From contig NW_008806285.1 in NCBI RefSeq assembly GCF_000400465.1, forward strand, positions 150,001-182,000: a stretch of 32,000 nucleotides of DNA, given 5' to 3'. Under the pieces are notes generated by a model that saw only the letters and a program-made list of their open reading frames with translations, ran no database searches and had not been told where the DNA came from. This DNA is from Wallemia ichthyophaga EXF-994. Taxonomy: Eukaryota > Fungi > Basidiomycota. A program made the translations under genes and the position numbers. Below are positions 1 to 10,132 of the stretch, one piece after another. Every line of letters begins with the position of its first letter. Position 1 is the first letter of the stretch.

Positions 1-265
1 TGAGGGCGGCGACAGAGCCTGGCTGCTTCTGGTTGCGCTTGGGCTGTCTACTGGAATGCTTTCTGTTGGAGTGGGTGGACTGGGTGGAGCCAGGGCGCTT
101 CTTGCCCAACTCAGTCTCGATCTTGCGCCTGAGAGCCTCGTCTTTCTGCGTGTTGCGCTTTCTGCGGTTGTCTGGAAGTGGAGATGGGGAATCAGACATG
201 GCTGGAGATGGTGAGAGTGGTCTGGAGGAGAGGGATGAAGGGTTGCGCTGGGGGATGCGTGACAT
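1..265 (-). CDS. N-terminus of a CBS- and PB1-domain protein (S. pombe Mug70-like); runs off the window edge
   Basis: Minus-strand ATG at 265 gives MSRIPQRNPSS...RRKRNTQKDEALRRKIETELGKKRPG...KQPGSVAAL. This resembles the conserved N-terminal 'KRDEAIRRKIE.DL.KK...PGTVLAL' segment I recall from fungal CBS/PB1 proteins. The domains themselves lie outside the window. Confidence 0.6.
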   Translation of the reverse strand, partial: MSRIPQRNPSSLSSRPLSPSPAMSDSPSPLPDNRRKRNTQKDEALRRKIETELGKKRPGSTQSTHSNRKHSSRQPKRNQKQPGSVAAL

Positions 266-348
266 GTTAAAATTTAGATGATGGTGGTTTGAACGGAGGA
301 ATATCACTGGCCATCTCGAGCATCTCCCAGCACACACGACTCTCACCG

Positions 349-369
349 CGACGACGACGACGACGACGA
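349..369 (+). repeat. (CGA)7 microsatellite whose last A is the A of the uL14m start codon
   Basis: cgacgacgacgacgacgacga-tg read directly at 349-371. Confidence 0.9.
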
Positions 370-881
370 TGCTCGGATTGAAATCGACGATGAATGTGGG
401 GCGTGCGTGCTAGAATATAAACAGGGCTAACGACACACACAAGATAATAGACAACTCAGGCGCTCTGGTTGCAGAAGTCATCAACGTCCTCAAAGTCAAG
501 TCTGGCAGTGGCATTGGCAGCGTCGGGGATGAGTGCGTGGTGGTCATCCAATCAGCCAAACCGATCCCCGCGAATCTCAACATATCTGCAAATTCACCTG
601 CAGCAGCCAACAAGATCAGGAAGGGCGATATACGCAGAGCTGTGATTGTACGCACAAAGCAGCAGATTAGAAGACCAGATGGCCGCTTTGTCAGGTTCGA
701 CGACAACGCAGGTGTTCTCATAAACCCTAAGAAGGAGCTTCTCGGCTCTAGGATCTCAGGCGTAATTGCTAACGAGGTGAGGCAGAAGGGCTGGGGGAAG
801 ATTGCGTCTGTTGCGCCCAAGGTGAGTGTGGTGTAGATTACATGATGATTAGACTAACACTCGGAACCACAGCTACTCTAG
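369..881 (+). CDS. MRPL14: Mitochondrial ribosomal protein uL14m (yeast MRPL38); introns 396-443 and 822-872
   Basis: Spliced product MLGLKSTMN|[17 protein letters not shown]...[34 protein letters not shown]...APK|LL* carries uL14 signatures. Both introns have GT donors, CTAAC branch points and AG acceptors. Confidence 0.93.
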
Positions 882-918
882 TAAGGCATTGCAATATGTA
901 TTTATAGATAATCATTCA

Positions 919-2375
919 TTATTCCTCATATCTGGCCACTCGATACACACGCATAGTCTCTTTGGCTCCTTTTGAGTGTTTGTTAACCAGTCCATCGAAA
1001 GCCCGCGTTGAATCCTTGATGCGCTTACCCGTCGCGCTGATACTCCACTCCGTCAGTATCCCCCGTCCACCAGGATGTGAGTCAGCGTAAGGCGTAGCGT
1101 CAACGATGAATCCATCGATCAGCAGCAGTAGCTGTTTTCCACCTTGTCCAGCATGTTCTCCGCTAGCCCTCGCCCTTTCTCTCACCTCACCAGCACCCCA
1201 CACGGGCAACTCGCTCTCGCTTCTCGCAACATTCTCCTTAGGTATCCTCTCATGCAGCCTGCTCGCCTCGAGCGACAGCATACCCGCCTTAGCTTTGAGG
1301 TAGTCTGTGTCAGTGATGCGATGCAGATACGGGATCTGGTTGGTGAGTGCGTGGAGCAAGTGCAGCACCCAAGCGCTCGGATCCCAATCGCCACGCGCCG
1401 GTCCGTTCCTATAATCGTGCGGGAATGCGTGGTGGAAATTGTGGTTGCCCTCGCCCGACGTGCACAGCGCGATGAAAAGCGTCCCCCGACTGCTATTTTC
1501 CTCGCTATAGGGCTGATCGCCGATGTAGTGCGCGAGCGAGTTGATCATCTGGAGTGCGAGTGTGAGTGTGAGTATGAGTATCGTGGCTACTATCTACTCA
1601 CAAAAGTGCAGTGCCAAATAAGCAGTCGTGCGACCAGACCACCCCACACGAATCCGCCGAGCGCATCGCCCCACTGCCGAGCCGCCACGGCGGGCAGGAG
1701 GAGACCGGCGGTGAGAGCGATGGGTATGTAATGGCGATGCTGGAATCGGACTACGGGATCGCTCTCCAAGTCACCCTTGTCGATCATCTTCATACGCGGA
1801 TACGCGCGTTTGTAGTAAATCCACCCGCAGTGACTCCAGAACAACCCCAGCTGCGCAGAGTACGGATCGTGGACGGGATCGTCGGTGAAGCGGTGGTGTA
1901 GCCGATGACGCACCACCCACCTTATGTAATGTAATTAGAAGGCGCGTTGGTTTATACACAGCGCACAGCTTACTCACCACTTTATACTCCCTTGGAAACC
2001 AAGTGAGCCCATGAAAGCCAGCGCTGTCCGTAGCGGTAGACGCGCTGTATACGCCTTGTGACTCCATAACCGGTGGTAACCCAGTGTGATGCTGGGGATA
2101 GCGTGAGTGAGATATTTGACACCACTAATACACCCCAACCCACCCAAACGAAGCCAGCTGCCAGGATGCTACACACAGCGCAAGCGTGTAAGTGTGCAGA
2201 TCGCGCCAGGGTGATAGAACCACTGCGCCATACACAGCAGCCACGTGCATCCCCGTAAAGAATATGGCGTTCGACCTGCGATATGGTTATTCATCTGTTG
2301 CCACTATCACAGACCAACTGACCACCATATTTCATCTTTGGGGACTCTTTGGGGTGTTGTGGCTGTTGATGACAT
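919..2375 (-). CDS. OLE1: Delta-9 acyl-CoA desaturase with fused C-terminal cytochrome b5 domain (4 introns)
   Basis: Three His boxes: HRLWSH, HRLHH and GEGNHNFHH. Also TDDPVHDPY, a GITLGYHR motif across a splice junction, and C-terminal b5 motifs (HPGG...H). Start MSSTATTPQRVPKDEIWWSNAIFF reconstructed across intron 1. Orthology among OLE paralogs not established. Confidence 0.92.
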
Positions 2376-2462
2376 TTGCCTTGCTTTATTTTGCTGCTTG
2401 TTCTCTTTGCCGTCCCTCTGAGTGAGATTACTGCCGTGGCCGTGTTTTTTCAAGTGGGCTGG

Positions 2463-2471
2463 TTATCTGAT
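2463..2471 (-). promoter_or_regulatory. ATCAGATAA extended GATA site 88 nt upstream of the desaturase ATG
   Basis: Exact match to the ATCWGATAA consensus of iron-responsive GATA repressors (SreA type). GATAAC also occurs at 2521-2526 and 2629-2634. Function inferred only. Confidence 0.3.
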
Positions 2472-3269
2472 GCGCGATGAGGAGATGGTTATGGATTTAA
2501 CCGGTGGATATGTGCCGTGAGTTATCTTAGCCGTCTCAGCATACAACCAACACTAATGCGCTCTCATGCATCTCACTGCCGCCCACGATTCGAGACACTC
2601 GGTCGCTATTGACGTCGTTTGGGTGGCCGATAACGGAGTGTATATCGGAGTAGTACATACGCATGTCATATAGTTATATTTTAAAATGACACAGGCCATC
2701 GATTAGGTTCGACTGCACTTGGCCGACAGCTGGCGTGAAGCGGGGGAGCAGGAGTAGTGGGCAGTGAGTCTGTTGGCGTAATTGTTATTTTAGCTGTAGC
2801 TGTGTGTAGCGCACCTGTATCGCACCTATTCCATATATATCCAAACGCACAGTGCCTGCGTCATGTAACTTGCCAGGGCTCGTGCGAGATACGGCGGAGA
2901 AGGGGAGCGTAAATGGGGGCGTGACCAGTGAGCTACCAAAGCGAATCACAACTCCTAAACCACCCGAAGTAAAACCAATCCGGCGAAACACAATCTGGAT
3001 GAAATTGCAACCGAGACTGTATGATGTGTTTGTTTTACAAGTACATGAGGTGGAAGCAATTACTGGGTTGTATTAATGTCGTATATGCTATATGGCAGCT
3101 AGCAGCACTTGCCCACACGGCCACTGGGCATTACTAGGCCAATTGGTACACGCTCAGTTGGCCGACGGCGAAGACATTTGCGTGCCATGGTGGAGACATA
3201 GCTATCTTGTAGACATCCAACACACTGGGTGATCACACCGTTCACAACACTAATTATACTGATATCACA

Positions 3270-4826
3270 ATGTCCACTACTACACAACCCAGTCTACTGT
3301 CTGTGCACCTTCGCAGGGCGGGTGTGGGTACAAACAATAGGCCGGATAGAGACAGCAAGGCAGTCCAAGACAAGGTCGATGCAAGCAACGCAGATACAGC
3401 GTTTATATCACTCCCAGCTGTTTTTGAGGACGAACCAGAGTTTCCAGCGCAGGCTGACGGAGAGCACAGGGATTATACTCCACTCAGCTCACCTCCTACC
3501 ACGCCGCATCTCAGTTTCATTATTTCAAAGCCACGCTCTGCACCCAGCGATCAGTCTGGTAGGCTGGCCAGCCAACAGTCATCCACCACACCGCCGGAAC
3601 ATATTCATCATAGTAAACCACCCACTGTCTGGTGTCACAGACTCAACAGCCAGAAGGACCACGCAAGCGACCATCACCCCAAGTCTGAGTCTAATAAGTT
3701 GTACAATCTGTTGAGATCCTTCTCAGTATCGTCTATGCCAGCGCTGTCGACGTCAGCGACGACAGCCAACACAGCCACCACGCTGATAGAGCCATCGACG
3801 CCACCATGTGCGCAGACTTGGCAGAGGAGGAAGGTAAGTGATGTTTGAGTTTAATGCGATGACGTCAAATTAACACACACGCAGTCATCAAACAGCTCCC
3901 TGCCCTCCCTGCCCTCACTGTCCTCCTTCTCAACAACAACTGCGCCGCCCACGGCCACGCCCAAAGCGGCCCAGTCCACGCTCGTTGACACGACGAGCGC
4001 CACCGCGCAGATGATCAAGTACGATGCGCAAGTCGAGCGAAAGCGGATGAGTTTGAGTGACGACGCGGAGGAGATGCGCCGGAGAAACACGCTATGGCGA
4101 CGCATAGGCGGATACGTGGTAGACACGCATAGTCAAACGCACACGGACAGCGCCGCACTCCTCAACAGTCAGATACGGCAAGAGGAACGTTTTCCCGATA
4201 GCCTGACGGAGCGACTGCGTAACGTCAAGGCACGCTGGTCACTCTCTATCTCGGAAGCACGCTCCGAGGGTCGCGCGCAGGCCGTTGCGCTGCTCAGAGA
4301 TGCTCGCATTCTCTACCGCGAAATGAAGATTGAGGGTAGTGGTGGGGTGCTGGACGGTGATGTATTTCACTCTTACTCTCCCTCACCCTCTCAATCTACA
4401 GCTACTAAATCTCCCCGCTGCGATCACTGCTGCGCCCTCCATAGCGGAGGTCCTTACGAATGCGACCTTAATCGTCAGATCCGCGCTGGGCGCGCACACG
4501 AACGCGAGAAGAGACGCATTAAGTCGTGGATCGAATTGCACCTCACCGCTCTTAAACTCAACGTTGGCAACTGGGATAAGATCAATTGCCCTCATCCTCT
4601 CTCCCACATCAAGAAATTCGAATACGGCGCTGACCTCTGCACATCCTCGGGTCTCTCTTCCAAGTCATGGCTAGAAATACAGGGCGACACGGACAGAGAG
4701 AGGAACGAAGCCCTGTTAGAGTCGCGCGAATTCGACTTTTGCCTCGAGTATCTTGCCCATTTCCACAGACACCAGATGAAAAAGAAGAAAAACACGTCTA
4801 GCTATAGACCACGTTCTTCTATTTAG
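3270..4826 (+). CDS. Hypothetical protein of about 501 aa: Ser/Thr/Pro-rich N-half, helical Cys/His-containing C-half; intron 3834-3884
   Basis: Two long ORFs are joined in phase 0 by a GTAAGT...TTAAC...GCAG intron. No family recognised. Confidence 0.7.
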
Positions 4827-5093
4827 CACTTTTTAACTATTTATTTTTACTCAATCACTCTTTCTCTCTCTCCAGCTGCTCAATCTACATTACGATCTTC
4901 ACGACCACCGAAAGCCATCTAATTCAGCCCGATTGGCTCTCGCTGCTTGTTCTACTAAACATGTTCTCTACTAATTATGCGTGTAATCTGCTATTTATTA
5001 TCTTCATGATTTATGCTTACAATGATGCTATATATGCCGCTGGTATACTGTGCTTAGACTACTTACTCACCCATACCCCACCACATCAACTCC

Positions 5094-7338
5094 TCAAGTG
5101 AAAGAATAGATACGTATATCGCGGTCATCTCCCGCGGTGACGATCTTATCTCCGCTGAGCTGCACAGCGGTGACAGCGCCCGCGTGGCCGACCAACGTTG
5201 CCAAGCATCTCCCAGTATCTGTATCCCACACCTTGACAGTACGATCGTGAGACGTGGAGACGATACGCAATCGATCAGCGTCGATGGACCAGATCCCTTT
5301 GATGAGTGTGAGTGAAAGTATAAGAAAGCGCCTTAGAATATCCCCACGCACCCTCTATATGACCGAATAGCGTGCGTGCACACCGCCCAGTATTCACATC
5401 CCATACTTTGACCGTGTTATCGAGTGCGCCGCTTACCAGCATCGGCACTGTTTCGTGAGATGCAGAAGTATCGCCGAGTATCTTGTCTACACTGCTCTGG
5501 CTCGACTCGACGAGGTTGTTGGTATTGTGAGAAGCAGACGGACCTTGTGCACCGCGATTAATATTCCCACCACTACCACCAACACCATTACTACTGTCGA
5601 GCACGCGCTGCAGTTTCGGCGCTCCACCTTCCTCATGCTCCGTCTGCGCCACCTCGAGCGTCTTGGAATCAACAAGTATCATCTTGATGTCTTGTACCTG
5701 CCCAACATGGCTGTCGAAGCTTCTGATGCACTCGCGGCTGCCAAGGCTCCACATTTTGATGGATCCGTCATCCGATGCGCTGAAGAGGATTTTCTGCGCC
5801 TCGCGGAGCTGTTCCGAGCCTGAAATTGAGCTGGAACTGGACACCATCCCATCCCAGATCTGCACGCTATTAACCCAATCGCGGTGCCCGCGCAGTGTGA
5901 AGCACTCAGCAGTCTTGAATCGCCAAACTTTCACAGTAGCATCCGCGGACCCCGAAGCAAGAACAGTTTTATCGAAATCGAGACAAACTACTCCCTCTCT
6001 ATGACCTTCTAAAGTACGTATACACTCTCCATTCCTCCAATTCCATATTTTGAGCGTCCTGTCCATACTCCCCGTTATCAACTTAGCTTCGTCGAATTTG
6101 AGTGTGCGTATACCGCGCGTATGTCCGCGCAGCACGCCTACCTGTGCACCTGTATCGAGATTCCACACGCGCGCTGTGCGGTCGTATGAGCCTGTGATAA
6201 GTGTCGGGGCGGGGTGAGCATGTTCGTCAAACTGCAGACACATCACTCCCTCAGTGTGACCGGAAAGTGTTTGCACCGTGTGTGTGCCCCGACGCCAATT
6301 GCGCTCAATCAGTAGTCGCTCCGTGTAAACCGCTTTCCAAGGTCGCGTCAGTGGCTTGCATGTGCCACCGACCCCGCTGCTGCTGCTCGGACTAACTGTC
6401 ATATTCGACGCTTTCTGCCGGATGGTATTCATCGGCGATGCTGAGCGCGATGGTGAGAGTGTGGGTGAGATTGAAGTGGAGTGCGTCGGCGATGTACGCG
6501 CTGATCTGTGTCGCTTTACGGGTCGGTCATCGACGTCCATGGTGTTGATTGTGTCTATTGTGTCAAATGGGTTTGGGGTGGCTGATGTGGCTGATGCACC
6601 CGGTGCACCCCCTGTACCATCATGCATCGCCAAATGGGCCGTGTGGCTCGCTAGTAAAGCTCTCTTGGCACTACCCACCTTGGTACTTGGCTCCTTCTGC
6701 AATTTGCGTCTCTTCTCGAGGAGAGGTAACCCCCAACCGCACTTCTCGCACTTGCGCTCGATATGCTGCTCACACATGTTACGCCAGAGGAGATCGTCAT
6801 CTGCGAGGTTCTTCCAGCTGCGACTGACTTGTGCAGCTCTAGCGAGGGAAATAGCGTCTAGATAGCCCATAATTTTGAGATTGAGTTCTCGTGGAAGGAG
6901 CATGAAAGGGTCAATTCTAATAAGATTGCCTAGCTCCTCGTAGAGATAGCTGAGTTGAGAGAAACAGCATGTTTGGAGGATACCTTTGAGGATGAGCACG
7001 CGGAGAGGACTGCTGGCTGCAGAAAACGAGGACCATATGGAAGTGACGGCTGAGCGCTGGTTTAGGGGTAGCTCATCGAGTGCTTGCTGTAGCTCAGCCG
7101 ATGCGCCCTCATCAGCCATATTCTTGTGGCGCAAACAGAGAGTCCTGCTGTCCTCCTCGCCAACAACGTTATCCTCTTCAGATCTCAGCCTGCCTTTGCC
7201 CTTATCCTGGGTATAAGAGTGGGAGTATTCGCTGTAGTCGTCATCGCACGCTTTCCTAGAAGACGAGAGAGATCTGGAGAGATCAGAGTGGGAGATGGCA
7301 ATATCAGAATTTGATTTCTTAATTTCTTCAGTGCCCAT
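5094..7338 (-). CDS. MET30: F-box/WD40 sulfur-metabolism regulator (Met30/SconB/SCON-2), SCF substrate adaptor; one intron near the 3' end
   Basis: F-box (IDPFMLLPRELNLKIMGYLD), the family motif QHIERKCEKCGWGLPLL, and WD40 repeats (LSGHTEGVMCLQFD, ITGSYDRTARVW, LRGHRDWVNSV). A GTGCGT..AAAG intron joins HIEG|IWSIDADRL. Confidence 0.92.
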
Positions 7339-7434
7339 TAAACGGGTTTTGAGAGATGATGACTGTGAGGAACAGAGATGCGTGATGCGAGTGGCGCAAC
7401 AGACGAGATAAGCCCAAGAAAATATTCATTTATT

Positions 7435-8471
7435 CTAAGCAAGTACAACAGCCAATCCAACCAACGCTAATAATCCGGTTGACAAAACAGCTCTGGTTGA
7501 AGATGAGTCAGGGTCGGTGTTTTGTGCGCTGGTGTTGTCATCGTTGTCGTCGTTGTCGTCGTTGTCGTTTTCGTTGTCGTTGTCGCTGTTACCGCCACTG
7601 CCTGCAACGACTGAGCTTGGTGTGGCAGAGACAGACGCGGTGTTGACAGTTGAAGTAGGCTTAGCAGACACAGTGCTATCGCCAACCTCACAGATAAAGT
7701 AAGTCGCAGCGACAATCTTTGAGTTAGTGGAATCAATGTAGTCGGCAATGTTCATTTTACCGAGTGGAGTCTGGCTATCTAAGCCGTCTGGGGCCTGGAA
7801 GTCTTGTGGCTGCTTCAATAACAAAAATTGGTATCTGTGTGGACCACTGCCTCTTGCTGGGCCTGGACCTGTGTAGCTGGTGATAACCTTACCAGAGTCA
7901 CCGTCGTGGATTGCAACTCCATTGTCCGAGTCTGAGTCGTCGCTGTCGTCGCCATCACCGCCAACTGAAATGTTGTTCTCAAGGAAATGGCGTGTTTGGC
8001 CTGTAAATAGAATAAGCGTGGATCATCAAAGTGCTCAAATACACACCTTCTGATTGGTCTGCACCGTTGTAGTCTGCATCGATCAGTGCTAAAGTGTATT
8101 GTCCGTCAAGTGTAGCGTTTTCAGATGGGAGGTATCTAAACTCTGGCTTCTCTTGAACGGCTGTGGAGCGCGTGAGTATTTTAACTCCAAACTACCCCAA
8201 ACGCACCGTCCTTTGACAGACGCTGGCCCAAGCTCAGTGGCTCATCTTGGTTATCAAACTTGACCCAGAGAAGTCCTTGGAGATTGTTGAAATCCTCTGA
8301 CTGGAACTCATCCCCAATCAGTCCTGCTGCATTGAAGTCTGCCTGTATGTGTGTTAGTTGTGCCCATCAATAGCTAACTCGACCCACCTTTACTACTGCG
8401 AGTCTGCCTTCATCAACAGCGGCAACGGAAACACCTGCCAAAGCAGCGAGTAATAAAGATTTAATCAACAT
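7435..8471 (-). CDS. Secreted, probably GPI-anchored PEBP-family (phosphatidylethanolamine-binding) protein; 3 introns
   Basis: Signal peptide MLIKSLLLAALAGVSVAA; PEBP motifs YTLALIDAD, RHFL and YTGPGPARGSGPHRYQFLL; Ser/Thr and Asp/Asn linker; hydrophobic tail LSTGLLALVGLAVVLA*. Confidence 0.85.
7535..7585 (-). repeat. Imperfect GAC/AAC coding repeat encoding an Asp/Asn tract (DNDNENDNDDNDDNDDN)
   Basis: Plus-strand tcgttgtcg-type repeats seen directly. Confidence 0.8.
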
Positions 8472-8549
8472 TTTTAGATGATAGTTGTTCTGGTTTAAGA
8501 GGGTTCCTCAGCCTTCTGGGCCTTCTCCGCCTTCTTCAAACATCTTCAA

Positions 8550-10061
8550 ATGTCCGAATTCAAAGAGCTTGTGGAATTTCTTAGGAATGATAATCCAACT
8601 ATCAGGCAGATTGCCATACAGCACCTCGCGGGTTTCACGACCAATCAGAAGCAGCTATTCGACAACGACGCCATCTCCCAGGTAAAGCTGTCGTGCAGAG
8701 ATAAGCCTGTAAGTGGGCTGTAGATGCTTAGTCATTGCTCACCAGGCCTATCACGCTCAAGGCTATTGCTCACGACGCTTTCTCCATCCTCGTGAACCTC
8801 TCCGACTCTGTTCTCAGCTCAAATGCCATCGCTACCAAAGAATTCCTCCTTTTCCTTACCAGCTACATCTCCAATCCATCAGCTCTATTAGCTGATCTAG
8901 CCTGTATGCTTCTCTCTAACCTCAGCAAGCTCCCAAATCTCATGCATGCGCTATGCTCTCAGCAAATCCCAATTAGTCTCCACGACGGAAATGTTTCTTA
9001 TATTGCGTCTAAGAGCGATTCTTCAAGCGTACAGATGGATGGTCTTCAAACCACCGTAAAAGCTCTTCCCTGTCTCGTTGAGGCTTTTGTCCAGGGCGCT
9101 AACAAACCCGAGACGGCTGTTGAGAGTGCTGAGGCTGATGCACAGCGTAAATCTAATTGCCACTTCTTAGGCTCCGTATTCGCCAACATCACCACTACTC
9201 AACCTGGCAGAGACTTTTTCACATCTCCTTCACTTTCATTCGACTCCCTTGCCAACCAAAAGTCTGCCAAGGAGTATCCACTTGCCAAGCTCACTGCTTT
9301 CACAGAGCACCCAAGCAATATCAGAAGACACGGTGTAGCTGCTGCTCTCAAGTGAGTTGCTTTGGCTTGATATCATCACCTCACCTCACCCACTTAGGAA
9401 CTCGACTTTCGTTAAGGACGCACACAGGGCACTACTTGCACAAGACTCAGAAATTGTTGGCGAGTGCAACGGCGTTAATATGCTTCCATATGTCCTCTTG
9501 CCCTTGTGTGGTCCTGAAGAATTCGATATCGAGGTGCGTTGTTTCTTGGCATTTCATCTTATTCTCACATTCCACCGCACATAGGAACAAGAGGCTCTGC
9601 CGGAAGTTTGCCAATTACTCCCTCCAACAAAACAGCGCGAAGTGGATCCTAGCATCCGCAAGACACACATTGAGACACTCTTGCTACTCTGCACCACACT
9701 CCACGGAAGGGAGTACCTCAGGAGCAGGAACACTTACGTTGTCATCAAGGCTGCCCATGCCGATGAAAAGGACCAGCAGGTATGCTCGACTTTTTTTTTA
9801 AAAAAAATACTTGGTGCCTAATCAACTATCTACAGGTCACCGATGAAATGATCAAGGTGGGAACGTAGCGTTAATATAGAGCAATCTAACTCGCTGCACA
9901 GCTCGTCAACCTCATCATGAGAGAAGAGGGCCAAGAGTGAGTATGTTCCTCGCTGCGTCATCACCCGCTGACAATTGCGATTGCACAGAACAAAGATACA
10001 GGAGCTCTCAAAAAAAGAATCTGAGCTGATAGACGAGGACATGACAATCGAGGAGGTTTAA
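8550..10061 (+). CDS. HGH1: HGH1/FAM203 eEF2 chaperone (6 introns)
   Basis: MSEFKELVEFL..., AIAHDAFSILVNLS, ADLACMLLSNLSK, HFLGSVFANIT, LTAFTEHPSNIRRHGVAAALKN, NMLPYVLLPLCGPEEFD, GREYLRSRNTYVVIKAAH. Confidence 0.9.
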
Positions 10062-10132
10062 ACTATTTAAATTCACATGCATATTTATATTTAGAACGCA
10101 AACGTTGGCTTAGTCAAGTACAATCAACTCAT

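Noticed and set aside
1106-1901. Long plus-strand ORFs (for example 1144-1731, 195 aa) opposite the desaturase, and similar antisense ORFs over MET30, PSD2 and CTK1
   Set aside because: Shadow ORFs of GC-rich coding sequence with no recognisable motifs.
9791-9807. T9A8 palindrome in a HGH1 intron
   Set aside because: Simple homopolymer juxtaposition with no other support.
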